Shown here piece by piece: positions 1 through 10,593 of a stretch of 37,302 nt of DNA. Position 1 is the stretch's first letter, and each line of letters begins with the position of its first letter. The position numbers and the translations under genes were made by a program. The notes below the pieces were generated by a model, which saw only the letters and a list, made by a program, of their open reading frames with translations, was not told the DNA's origin and did not search any database. The stretch lies in the NCBI RefSeq assembly GCF_001194135.2, contig NC_068989.1, positions 36,527,944-36,565,245 on the forward strand, written 5' to 3'. The stretch comes from Octopus bimaculoides. Taxonomy: Eukaryota.

Positions 1-140
1 TGTTAGTGTGTTTGTGTTAGTGTGTTTGTGTTAGTGTGTTTGTGTTAGTGTGTTTGTGTTAGTGTGTTTGTGTTAGTGTGTTTGTGTTAGTGTGTTTGTG
101 TTAGTGTGTTTGTGTTAGTGTGTTTGTGTTAGTGTGTGTG
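1..140. repeat. 14-bp minisatellite (TGTTAGTGTGTTTG)n, about 9-10 copies, truncated by the window start
   Basis: Exact tandem units from position 1 to about 134, grading into (TG)n. Confidence 0.95.
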
Positions 141-437
141 TGTGTAAGAGTGTGTGTGTGTACGTTTGTGTGTGTAAGTGTGTGTGTATGTGTGTGTGTA
201 AGTGTTGTCTGTTTCTGTGAAATAGAAACACACACACACACACTTGCACAGAAACACACACTGGCACAGAAAACACATACACACATGCACACACACTGGC
301 ACAGAAACACACACACTGGCACAGAAACACACACACGCACACAGAGGTAATCTTCCATATCTTTTGTCTTGTGTATAGGTGTGCAACTGTGTGTGTGTAT
401 GTGTGTATGTATATGTGTGTGTGTGTGTGTGTGTGTA

Positions 438-476
<39 letters not shown>

Positions 477-483
477 GTGTGTA
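141..483. repeat. Compound TG/CA microsatellite with about four CACACTGGCACAGAAA-type units
   Basis: Visible (TG)n, (CA)n and TATG runs; these explain the H/T and C/V ORFs in the track. Confidence 0.9.
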
Positions 484-544
484 ATGTGATTTTGCATACA
501 GGTGCAGGCATGTTTTGTGGTTAAGAAGCTTACTTTGCACCTAA

Positions 545-1933
545 ATGATTTCAGGAGTGACACTTTTTCACACAGCTATCCTCATCTGTATGCAGCACAT
601 GAACATGCCAGTGCAGTCGTCTCTCTTGCACACTACATCTGATGCTTCTTATGTCCAACTTTTCTCTCGGGGTGCTTACACTCTGTCGTGTATGCACACT
701 AACATTACACATCCAGCAGAGCATACTAGCTTCATTTCTTGCAAGTTTATGCATGTCTTCACCATGTAGCATGGCTGTTCGCACACATGCATCATACAGT
801 CTACCTTTTACTCTGAGCGAGAGACCCTTGGTTACCAGCAGAGGTATGAGCTCTCTGCACAGGCTACTCTTATTCTAGCAGCTACACTCTCAGAGCATCC
901 ACCCTTGATGCAGAACATTGGCAAATTTTTCCTTATCGGCTTCCCCTCTACGTAAACCTGTCTCCTAGCTTCCCTTCAGGCAATCTGATACAATTCCCTG
1001 CTACCACTGTTCTTCCAGTCCTTCCATGCCTGTTTCTTTTCCCTAATGGCCCTGTCAACTACATTGTTCCACCACCATGTTTCCATGGGTCAAGAAGGGA
1101 CTTTGCACCATTCACAGATCTGGCCCGTAGCCTTCAACAGGTTGTCCTATAGAAACCTCCAGTTGTCTTCCACATCATGTGATGCTATAACCCTCTCTAT
1201 TTCATCGAAAGCTTTGAGTAATACGTCTAAATCTCTGTCCATTCACAGGATCCTTAAGCTTTCAGACCCTTCTTCTCCATGCTGGTCGTCTTCTGGGCAT
1301 CCATTTAGCCCTGATCCTCAAGTCACTAACTACTAATCTATGTTGTGGAGTGCATTCTTCACCTGGCCAGGATGTAATCAATTTGACTAGTGTGTCCACC
1401 AGATCAGTAGGTGAATAGGTGACTGGCGGTCTCCTGAAGTTAGTATTACAAACCATAAGACCATTTGCATCGCAGAACTCCAGCAGCCTGGTTCCCTCCA
1501 CATTGTGGGAACCAAAACCATAGCTTCCATGTACTCCATGGAAGCCCCCTGCATGTTGAACAACATGCCGACTAAAGTCGCCAGCCACAAAGAGAAGGTC
1601 CCTGTCATTCATCGATGAGGTAGTCATAAAATCAATCTTACTGTTCATCAAGCAACCCTGGCTGAGGAGCAAAGACAGAGATAATGGTTGCTAACCCATG
1701 TTGCAGCACTAATCTTAAGTATTTTATCACAGACTGACCACCTCAATTACCTTAACCCATTTCTCTGCAAGAAGTATACCCACGCCCCCGACCCCATCAG
1801 TGTTCCCTGCCCAGAAAATCTTATGCCTATGTTCTTTGCCTGTGAGGAACCTAGTAGAACTTCTCCGCCTTACTTCTTGGATGCAGCACAAATCTATGTC
1901 TTATTTTAAGCATTTCAACAATCACCAGACCTA
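545..1933 (-). mobile_element. RTE-clade LINE, internally deleted: endonuclease and linker joined directly to the post-RT C-terminus
   Basis: The reverse complement of 907-1933 aligns by eye with 35645-36715 (AGDFSRHV, NTNFRRP, ECTPQHRLVVSDLRIRAKW). 545-904 encodes GGCSESVAARIRVA...LVTKGLSLRVKGRLYDACVRTAMLHG...ERRLHW, a typical RTE C-terminus. Confidence 0.92.
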
Positions 1934-2894
1934 TATATGTGTGTGTGTGTATGTATATATATATAAGTTTGAAAACTAAATTATGACAATCACCTGTAAT
2001 GAAAACCAAATGTTTCAACACACGAAACAAGAATAATGATGAATTCTATTTATCTCTTAACTAGGTTAAAGGTTGACCTATTCAAAAGAAATTTTTATAT
2101 TTGATTGACAACTTCCAATACAATATTTCAAGGAGATGAATCATCATAAATTAATGATATTTGAATTTGAAAGTGATGCTTCAGATTTCATAAAAGTAAA
2201 ACCAAGAAAAGTGGTACAGCTATCTCATTTACACAAATGTTAAGATTTACACAAGATATCAGTGCTGCTTGAAATATAAGAATCTTATTACATAATCCAG
2301 GTTAATACCTCTGTTGAGATTATAGCTAATTAGTTAAGCTTTATCTTCAAACACTATAAGGTCAAGTGCAAAGTCACTCATTACACAAAAATTAATCATG
2401 TTCGAATACTGCACTATCACTAGCAATAATTATGAAAGAAAAATCACAGCAAGCATCTTACTTTGATATACTTTATAGCTTCAGAGCTACTAACTGGCTG
2501 AATTCATCATCATCTTTGTCCTCTCTTCCATCCTTGCACAAGTCAAACAGAATTTACAGATGCAGATTATCTACAACTACACACGTTTCCAAGTAAGATA
2601 ATATTTCTCCATTGCCAAATATATTTTACATTGAAGGTTACAAACGAACATCATTTGTATGATGACAATGTTCGTTTACAATCATCATTTAAAGTCAAGA
2701 CAAGGGTACACACAAACATACATACATGTGACTAATTTAATAGATAGAAACCGTGTGGGAGCCTGTTTGAATATATGTATGGATTTACCAATGCCAATTG
2801 GTATAAATACCTTGACCAATTTATGTCCATAAAACGACACATCTGGCCTAACTTGATAAAATGTGAAAATTTACAGGAAGCACTCCAGCAGAGT

Positions 2895-3120
2895 TGTTAT
2901 TGCATTTTGAGATCTACTGTCCTTGGTCAAAATGGATCCTTGGTACTTGAAAATGTCCACTTCCTCAAGTCTCTCTCCGTTTAGCATAATGTTGGTTGAT
3001 ACTATTAACCAGGGTCTTGCTCTTTTCCTCGGCTGATTGCTCCTGATACTTTTTTCCAGTTTGGGGGTGAGCTTGTGTAGTTCTGCTTCACTGCTTTCTA
3101 ATAGGTCAATATTATGAAGC
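2895..3120 (-). mobile_element. Decayed RTE LINE segment, late RT domain (inverted part of a composite copy)
   Basis: With frameshift correction the minus strand reads HNIDLLESSEAELHKLTPKLEK...KSKTLVNS...TNIMLNGERLEEVDIFKYQGSILTKDSRS, resembling RTE FADDIDL...LEEVDSFKYLGS. Confidence 0.8.
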
Positions 3121-3575
3121 TGAACAACATGTGAAAGCCATTCTGTTAGCTTTCAAAGACTCAGAGTATACAAGACCCCAGTGACTTCAATCTTCCTGTA
3201 TGGGTGCAAAAACTGAACTCTTACAGCTGACAAAGAGCAAAGAATCCAGGTATTTGAAACAAGTGCTTCAGAAGGCTATTACACATCCTATAACACAGAG
3301 CACAAAATGAACAGCTTTGTCAGGCAGTATGTCAACAAATAGGCTGGTAGGCAAGAATCTTGCGCAGGTAAAAAGTTTGCCTGGCATGGTTACGTATCCC
3401 GCCATAACTCCCTGCCCAAAACCATTCTTCAGGGCTCAATTGAGTGAGGGCAAAAGAGAGACAGACAAAGAAAAGCCTGGCTTGGTACTATTAAGGACTA
3501 GACAGTAACAACACAGCAAACATGCTACGCATGACAGAACAGAGGTAATGACAACCCAACCAGTAGCCTAGGGAC
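3113..3575 (+). mobile_element. Decayed RTE LINE 3' end
   Basis: With frameshift correction the plus strand reads KLNNxWKSHSVSF..RVYKTPVTSIFLYGCKN*TLTADKEQRIQVFETKCFRRLLHI..TEHKMNSFVRQ...KFAWHGYVSRHNSLPKTILQGSIE*GQKRDRQRKAWLGTIKD, a typical RTE/BovB-like C-terminus. Confidence 0.85.
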
Positions 3576-3675
3576 ATATTTTGCTTAGGGAGTGAAAACC
3601 AAGGTCTAAATACAAAAAATGAATTTTTTTCAATGTTAACATTAAAACAAATGTAGGTATAATAATTTTTATTAT

Positions 3676-4162
3676 CATGAGGATCGGCTGAAATGTTCAT
3701 AACCTGAGCAAGATACTCTCATAGAACGTGACCAAATGAAGTTCATTTTTTAACATGGTTCCTCTTAATGTCCACACACTGTCATCAGTAGTTGCAGTGC
3801 TTGGATCGCACAGGTGAAGAAGCTATCCTGTTGATCAAAATAGTCATTAACAGCAAATAAGATGTCATCATCATAGCAATACTTGTGCTAAGCCAAGTGT
3901 TTTTTCATATTGAGAAACAGATGTTAATCAGATGGAACCAAATCACTAACATAGGGAGGGAGGGTGATCAACCAGTTCAAAGCCAGTCATGCACAACAAC
4001 CATTGAAACCAAGGACGTGTGTGCTGAAGCATTGTCCTAATGAAACAAGACCCATTCATCAGTTTTTCTGAGCGCTTGGTCTCAATAGTCTTTTGTAACT
4101 GCCTTATCAAGTTGGCATTGAATTTTCCAATGATGGTGTGATCATTTTGAAAATAATGCAGA
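3676..4162 (-). mobile_element. Mariner (DD34D-type) transposase 3' fragment, pseudogenised
   Basis: The minus strand reads VLFH*DNASAHTSLVSM...FELVDHPP..SDLVPSD*HLFLNMKKHL, i.e. decayed FHQDNAPAH and HPPYSPDLAPSDY motifs; a TIR-like end lies at about 3676-3705. Confidence 0.85.
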
Positions 4163-4299
4163 AAATATTGTGTTCATTGACTAACGTATAGTATATGTGA
4201 AGTATATTTTGTATATTAAAATATTTAATTTTAGAAATATATCAAGCGAAGCAAAGATAAGCAGTAAAAATACAAATTGCAAGTATGTCAAAATGTGAG

Positions 4300-4870
4300 A
4301 CACTACATGACGAAAACTAACAAAAAAGAAAGAAAACAGTGGTGCTTGTGTCCAAAGGTACAATAAGAAGGATCGGGGGGGAAGGATAGAAGGATGGGAT
4401 TGAAGGGTAGATAGCAGGAAAGAAAAGAAAAGTGAAAAGATAAACTGAGGGTCTGAAGTGAATGCTAGGCAAGAGATGAAACAAAATGTCTTACCTATGC
4501 ACTGATCAAGTAGAAAAAAGATGAGTGATGAAAAATTGGATGGTCTTTTGATACCAAAAAGTGAGGAGAGACAGAGTGGGGTAGAGAAGGTTGGGGAAGA
4601 GCAAGTACAAAGAAAGAGGGAGCGCAGAGAAAAAAGGGAATAAAGATAGACAGTAGGTAGTTGACAGAGATAGAAGAAATGGAATGTAGTCAAATGAGAA
4701 AGGCAGCAGATATGTAGAAAGGCAACTAGAAATAGATGAGGAAGGTTTTGCGCACAAGAGGGGAGAGCAGAACGATAAAAAAATGGATAGAAAAGAGAGA
4801 AAAATGTTGCACTAAATAATGAACACTGTGTGGAGTACCACTGAGTGGGAGAAGAAATGGGATCGACATT
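4300..4870. repeat. Purine-rich (G/A) low-complexity tract
   Basis: Strong strand bias toward A/G with no clear periodicity. Confidence 0.6.
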
Positions 4871-5044
4871 ACATTCATTAATAACCATAAAATGTTGCAC
4901 AGAAAGTTGACAAACAAACATACACAAACAGAACACCTAGCATTGTAGGTGTTCTAAAACACAATGTCATATTTAATGATAATTATAGTTTTCCTTTTTG
5001 GTGATACATTGCTAAACTGCTGCCTAATTTAATTATATTGTTTT

Positions 5045-5421
5045 ACTCTTTCATTTGCTTCAGCCATCTGACTATGGCCATGCTGGAGCACTGCCTTGAA
5101 GGGTTTTAGCCTAAGAAATCAATCCCAGGACGTATTCTTTGTAAACCTAGTATTTATCCTATCGGTCTATTTTGCCAAACTGCTAGATTAAGGGAACCTA
5201 AACACACCAGCATCAGTCAAGCAATGTTGGGGAGACAAAGACAGACAGACACACACAAATATATACATATATATATATAAGACAGGCTTCTTTCAGTTTC
5301 CATCCATTAAATCCACTCACAAGACATTGGTTGGCCCGAGACTATAGCAGAAGACACTTGCCCAAGGTGCCACGCAGTGGAACTGAACCTGTAACCATGT
5401 GGTTGGGAAACAAGCTACTTA

Positions 5422-5425
<4 letters not shown>
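5045..5425 (-). mobile_element. tRNA-derived SINE, family A (head, CA/TA spacer, tail)
   Basis: Reverse complement head GTGGTAAGTAGCTTGTTTCCCAACCACATGGTTACAGGTTCAGTTCCACTGCGTGGCACCTTGGGCAAGTGTCTTC has a B-box-like motif; homologous to 15363-15718 and 23450-23770. Confidence 0.9.

Positions 5426-5456
<31 letters not shown>
5423..5456. repeat. (CA)n microsatellite
   Basis: Direct reading. Confidence 0.95.
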
Positions 5457-5459
<3 letters not shown>

Positions 5460-6063
5460 GCAGGACCTCACTTGGCCATACCTGAGATCTGAAACCACAT
5501 CCACTGGCTTGTTGCTTGTCAAGCAAGCAAGAAATCCTTTGTGTTTGCATCTCCACATCAAATGATTAATGAGAAACACTTGACTTCCAAGGACCTTTGC
5601 TGGTCACGGAAAGGTCAGTACTTTGTTTAGGATTTGACCTGCTTTACTGGCCATAGATACATACCAGAGACCATTTCCCTTCTTGTCCTCTTTTGTGTCA
5701 GCCATGACCAGGAGCACCACTTCTCTTCATCCTTCAGTCACCATACAAAGAGAAGCTTTTGGGGGCAAAATCAACACTGGACAATGCCACCTTTATCTTT
5801 TCTTCCTCTATTATCAGCACAGTGCAATCTCTCTCTACCTGCAGAACACAGCTTCCACGCCATCAACTACCAACCACCAAGTGAACCTTTTGTCATCGTC
5901 AACTACAATTACTACTGTTACTAACTACTAACTACTTGCCAAGCAAATAAAAGATGTGAATAATATTCCTTCGTTTTCAACGTCATTCTTCAAAGTTCTT
6001 CACTGGTATCTCCGTCACAAGATCCTCACATCAACAAGTGATTCTACGTTGCATTTTGAACGC

Positions 6064-6066
<3 letters not shown>

Positions 6067-6118
<52 letters not shown>
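6067..6118. repeat. (AT)n microsatellite
   Basis: Direct reading. Confidence 0.95.
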
Positions 6119-6129
<11 letters not shown>

Positions 6130-7129
6130 CAGTGAAACAGACAAACTGAGTAAAAAAAATTGATGGGGTAGGGTGGCGATGGCAGCAATATAAGATGTGT
6201 TTTGGCATTGACTCATGTTGCTTGTATGAACTGTGTTTTGTCTCAGGTAAATAAGTGAAATTGCAGTTACTGCATATGCATAGTCTCATGCAATGAGAAA
6301 ACTGGTATATTTTGGGGTAGCATGCATTTATAGATTTTACTTAATTTACAGTTGGCTGATTTATCAAGGGGCTGTGAAGTATACATTGAAATTGAGGTGG
6401 ACTGTGGTGGGAAGAAAGGTGTGATGGTAGTAGTGGTTATGGTTGTAGCAGTAGAATATTATGGCAATGATGATGGGGTCAGTTGCAGTATTCATAGAAA
6501 ATGAAGAATGTAGATAGCTGGACAGTGAAGGGCTTTTCTTTGTGCTAGTTTTGAAGAGTGGTCGTACTGCTGGTCATGTTGTTACTGCTGCTATATACTT
6601 TTAATTTTGATGTTGACAACGCTTGTACATCTTTCTAGAGAATTCCTTTGGCAATTTTATGACCAGCTTCATCTGTTAACATTTTGGACTTTTTTTTTAA
6701 TTTATATATTTATTTTGTCTTTTGTTCTTGTTTTGTGAAGAAACCTAAACTCAATTTTTAGACATGTTTCTAAACCTGGCAAAGTATGTAGGGGGTGGAA
6801 ATTTTGATTTTACACCCACTAAAACTTTTAGGTATTGCAAGTGCACCACCTGTACCCCCTATTCCCAGGCCTTTATGGAAAAGAAAAACATGGACAATAT
6901 ACATACACACAACTGATAAGTCTTTAAGTTAATTCATTCTTTAGTAAAATTCCTTTGCTTTTAAAATACAAAATAGAAATATGGTTTAGCTAACAAAAAT
7001 ATGCTTCATACGGGGATAATTGAGTGGGTTAAGAGGATTGCTTCACAACCACATGGTGTCTTCAACTGCATCCCTGAGTTGACTATTACTTTCCAAATTG
7101 ATACTATGCAGAATGTGTATGGTGTGCGC

Positions 7130-7409
7130 ATGTAGACACACACACACACATATACATCCACGCATGCACACGCACACATGTGCATACATCCACACACACA
7201 CACGCATACATCCACACGCACACACATCCGCATGCACGTACACACATGCGTGTGCACACCAGCTGAAAATCCAATACTTTCAAAAATACACATGCCTACA
7301 GCCACGCGCACACACACACCCATGCACACACGTGCACGCACACCCACACGCGTGCACATCCACACACACAAGCTGAAAATCCAATACTTTCAAAGAGAAA
7401 AAAATTTAT

Positions 7410-7456
<47 letters not shown>

Positions 7457-7470
7457 CACACACACACTCA
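7130..7470. repeat. Imperfect CA/CG-rich repeat with a duplicated AGCTGAAAATCCAATACTTTCAAA motif
   Basis: The motif occurs at about 7261 and 7372, about 110 bp apart, inside CA-rich sequence. Confidence 0.85.
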
Positions 7471-8045
7471 CCTTTATGCATACATAATGCTATGTGTAAC
7501 ATTTGTTCTGTTGAGCTAAACAATCCTTTGTTACTCTCACTATAAATGTTGTGAATAAGTGATTGGCCCGTTGGTAGTCTGTACAAACAAGACTACTGTT
7601 CACCAATTACAATATTATATAATAAATAGTTTGACAGAAGTAAATTCGCTTTTGAACAATTGACAGACAAAAATGTATATGCAAGGAAACAATATAAAGG
7701 CTATGAACAAAAATATTTTTCTCATCTTTTCCACAAGGCAATGTAAGATTAAACAGGTCATCATAGATTTCTCTATATTTAGCTTGTTTCCTGTTCTTTT
7801 GTAGGCCTGGCTTGTCATCATTTTAACATCCACTTTCCCATGTCAGATAGTCTGATGCTGATTTTCTATAAACAAATGTCCCTCCTGTCACCAACTGACA
7901 CCTGTTTCTGAACAGGTTAATATTCTCTCATGGTCAAACATTTACACAGAATATTGTAAGTGAAGGACATTGCTTTGTATGCAAGTGGCATTCGTTTGCA
8001 ACTATCATACAATGTCAAGGAGACATACACACACACACATTCACA

Positions 8046-8195
8046 CAACAGGCTTCTTTTCAGTTTCCATCTAACAAATCCACAAGGCTTTGTTCACCCC
8101 AGGGCTATAGAAGAAAGTTGCCCAAAGTGCCATGCATTGGGACCAAACCCGCAACTATGTGGTTGGTTGAAAAGCAAATTTCTCAATCACACAGC
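8046..8195 (-). mobile_element. SINE family A, head only
   Basis: ACAGGCTTCTTTTCAGTTTCC...TTGCCCAAAGTGCCATGCATTGGGACCAAACCC...ATGTGGTTGG matches 5281-5425. Confidence 0.85.
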
Positions 8196-9833
8196 CCCCC
8201 CCCGTGCCTATTGATGCATATTAACGAGATGTTTCGGTGGAGTGCCTTAGTATCAAGTGAAACCACATAGTTATATAATCAAGGCCCATGAAATTATATC
8301 AGTAATTTTATATCATGCAGTTACTAAAGTTAAATATCACAAATTACATTTAGAAATATTGGAGGAGCATCTGACTGATTGACTCCCACCACCCAAACCT
8401 CTCAGTTTAGGCCCCACTTGTTTTAATGAAGCATCTACAAAATTAAAATACTCTATGAAATTACAGAATTTCAAGTCGAAGATTATAATATCAGTGTCAA
8501 TGAGACAATTCACTCGAATAGTATTCTCCATAACCAATTACCTCATTAAATACATCTCTCCCCACTCTCTATGTATGTATGTATGACACAATTTCAATCT
8601 TTCTACACAATATAATATTCAAACATCATCAAAACAGAAGCACCAGCTTACAGCATTTATGCTAACAAAGACAAGAATTAAGAGAGTAAATTTGCTGAGC
8701 AATGAAATTACAAGGGTATAAATTACTTGTGAAGTTTTAAAAGATACATTATTCAGTAACATTCATAATTCAAAATGAAAAGTTGTGAAACTAAAGGCAA
8801 TTCCTTACCATTTTCCTCTGTTAAACATTAAAGCATCTCTCAAGATAACAAATATCATCCAAATAATGATTCAGATCAATACAGTATAAATATACATTAT
8901 TTCTGTTGTATATTTGATATTATTTCTATTGGGACAGTTTGGCGATTAGTTTTAGTTGGTGTTAACATTTAATGTAGTTGAATAGCAAACATCTGTTTAA
9001 ATAGTTTATGAAGAAAAACTTTCATCGAAAGACGCTAGCCCAATGAAGGCATACAGAAGGCATGTTTAAAAAACAGTGTTGCTTTTTTTCCTTTTCTTAA
9101 AATCAGTGTTTGACTGAACTTCAAACAATGACCATGATAAAACATCTTTAAAGCTTCCCCACTTGCAAGATATTTTTGCTCTTCAAACTTTTCATTTACA
9201 AGTTAATTATTCATAGACATGAGAATGCATGTGTATAGGTAATATACAGATGCATATATGTCACTAAGAGGTCTTTTAAAACAATTTCTGTATTATAACT
9301 GTTATAAATGTTGGTTGAATGATTTATTCACTCACGCTTTACAATCATATAGATAGTTAGCATAAGAGGTGCAGGATAAGTGCTCACTCTAGACTTAGTG
9401 GCAAATGAGAGAGAAAGAGAGAAAGAGAGAGAGAGAGAGAGACCATAATATAAAATCAACATGGCGAATAATTACGTTTCTAATTTTTCTTTACTTGTTT
9501 AATATTGTTTCATTTAACCTTTAGAAAAGTAGTATTCAATTCATCATTTAGTCTAAGCACCAAGAAATTTCATAAAAGTTATAATTATTGTAAATAAGCA
9601 TATTTCCTGATGTCACTCCTAGTCACAAAAGTATACTTCCAAAGTTACCTATCATATGACACTAATTTCATGTGATATGGAATCTTTAACCCTTTAGCAT
9701 TTAATCCAGCCATATCTAGTCCAAATATTCTACTTGTTCTATGTTAAAGCTGACCAAATCCAACCTCTCACACTTACCCTACAATATCATTCTGAAAAGA
9801 TACAAACACACCTTTGAAATCTTGAAGCTACAA

Positions 9834-10593
9834 TCATCATCACCATCATCATCGTTTAACGTCCGCTTTCCATGCTAGCATGGGTTGGACGATTTGACTG
9901 AGGACTGGTGAAACCGGATGGCAACACCAGGCTCCAATCTAAATTTGGCAGAGTTTCTACAGCTGGATGCCCTTCCTAACGCCAACCACTCAGAGAGTGT
10001 AGTAGGTGCTTTTACGTGTCACCTGCACGAAGGCCAGTCAGGCGATACTGGCAACGGCCACGCTCGAAATGGTGTCTTTTATGTGCCNNNNNNNNNNNNN
10101 NNNNNNNNNNNNNNNNNNNNNNNNNNNNNNNNNNNNNNNNNNNNNNNNNNNNNNNNNNNNNNNNNNNNNNNNNNNNNNNNNNNNNNNNNNNNNNNNNNNN
10201 NNNNNNNNNNNNNNNNNNNNNNNNNNNNNNNNNNNNNNNNNNNNNNNNNNNNNNNNNNNNNNNNNNNNNNNNNNNNNNNNNNNNNNNNNNNNNNNNNNNN
10301 NNNNNNNNNNNNNNNNNNNNNNNNNNNNNNNNNNNNNNNNNNNNNNNNNNNNNNNNNNNNNNNNNNNNNNNNNNNNNNNNNNNNNNNNNNNNNNNNNNNN
10401 NNNNNNNNNNNNNNNNNNNNNNNNNNNNNNNNNNNNNNNNNNNNNNNNNNNNNNNNNNNNNNNNNNNNNNNCTCTAAACTTTGCCCAGGCTATTCTTATT
10501 CTAGCAGCTACACTTTCAGCGCACCCACCCCCACTACTAACTTGGTCGCCCAGATAGCGGAAGCTATCGACTACCTCTAGTTTTTCACCCTGG
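9834..10593 (-). mobile_element. RTE LINE 3' end with (GAT)n tail, spanning the assembly gap
   Basis: 10472-10593 minus encodes QGEKLEVVDSFRYLGDQVSSGGGCAESVAARIRIAWAKFR. 9834-10087 looks like a 3' UTR and ends in (CAT)n on the plus strand. Confidence 0.88.
10088..10471. other. Assembly gap (384 N)
   Basis: Run of N. Confidence 1.

Noticed and set aside
1-140. Telomere-like array at the window start
   Set aside because: The unit is 14 bp and contains TTAGT, not TTAGGG or TTAGG.
101-563. ORFs of 76-144 aa rich in H/T or C/V (also 7006-7586, 32345-32854, 33890-34255)
   Set aside because: They are translations of CA/TG/TA microsatellites.
2479-2592. Plus-strand AG...GTAAGA exon-like segment with one open frame
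   Set aside because: Weak pyrimidine tract, low-complexity peptide and no supporting neighbour; within chance expectation.
4181-4936. 251-aa hydrophobic minus-strand ORF
   Set aside because: The pyrimidine-rich strand rarely forms stop codons; the F/L/S composition has no domain, and no splice context is evident.
8337-8990. Minus-strand splice-like signals (acceptor near 8440; CAG|AGGAAAATG|GTAAGG near 8810)
   Set aside because: No consistent frame or recognisable protein links them.
9918-10580. ORFs of 153-220 aa
   Set aside because: They are artefacts of translating the N gap; the flanks are antisense RTE.
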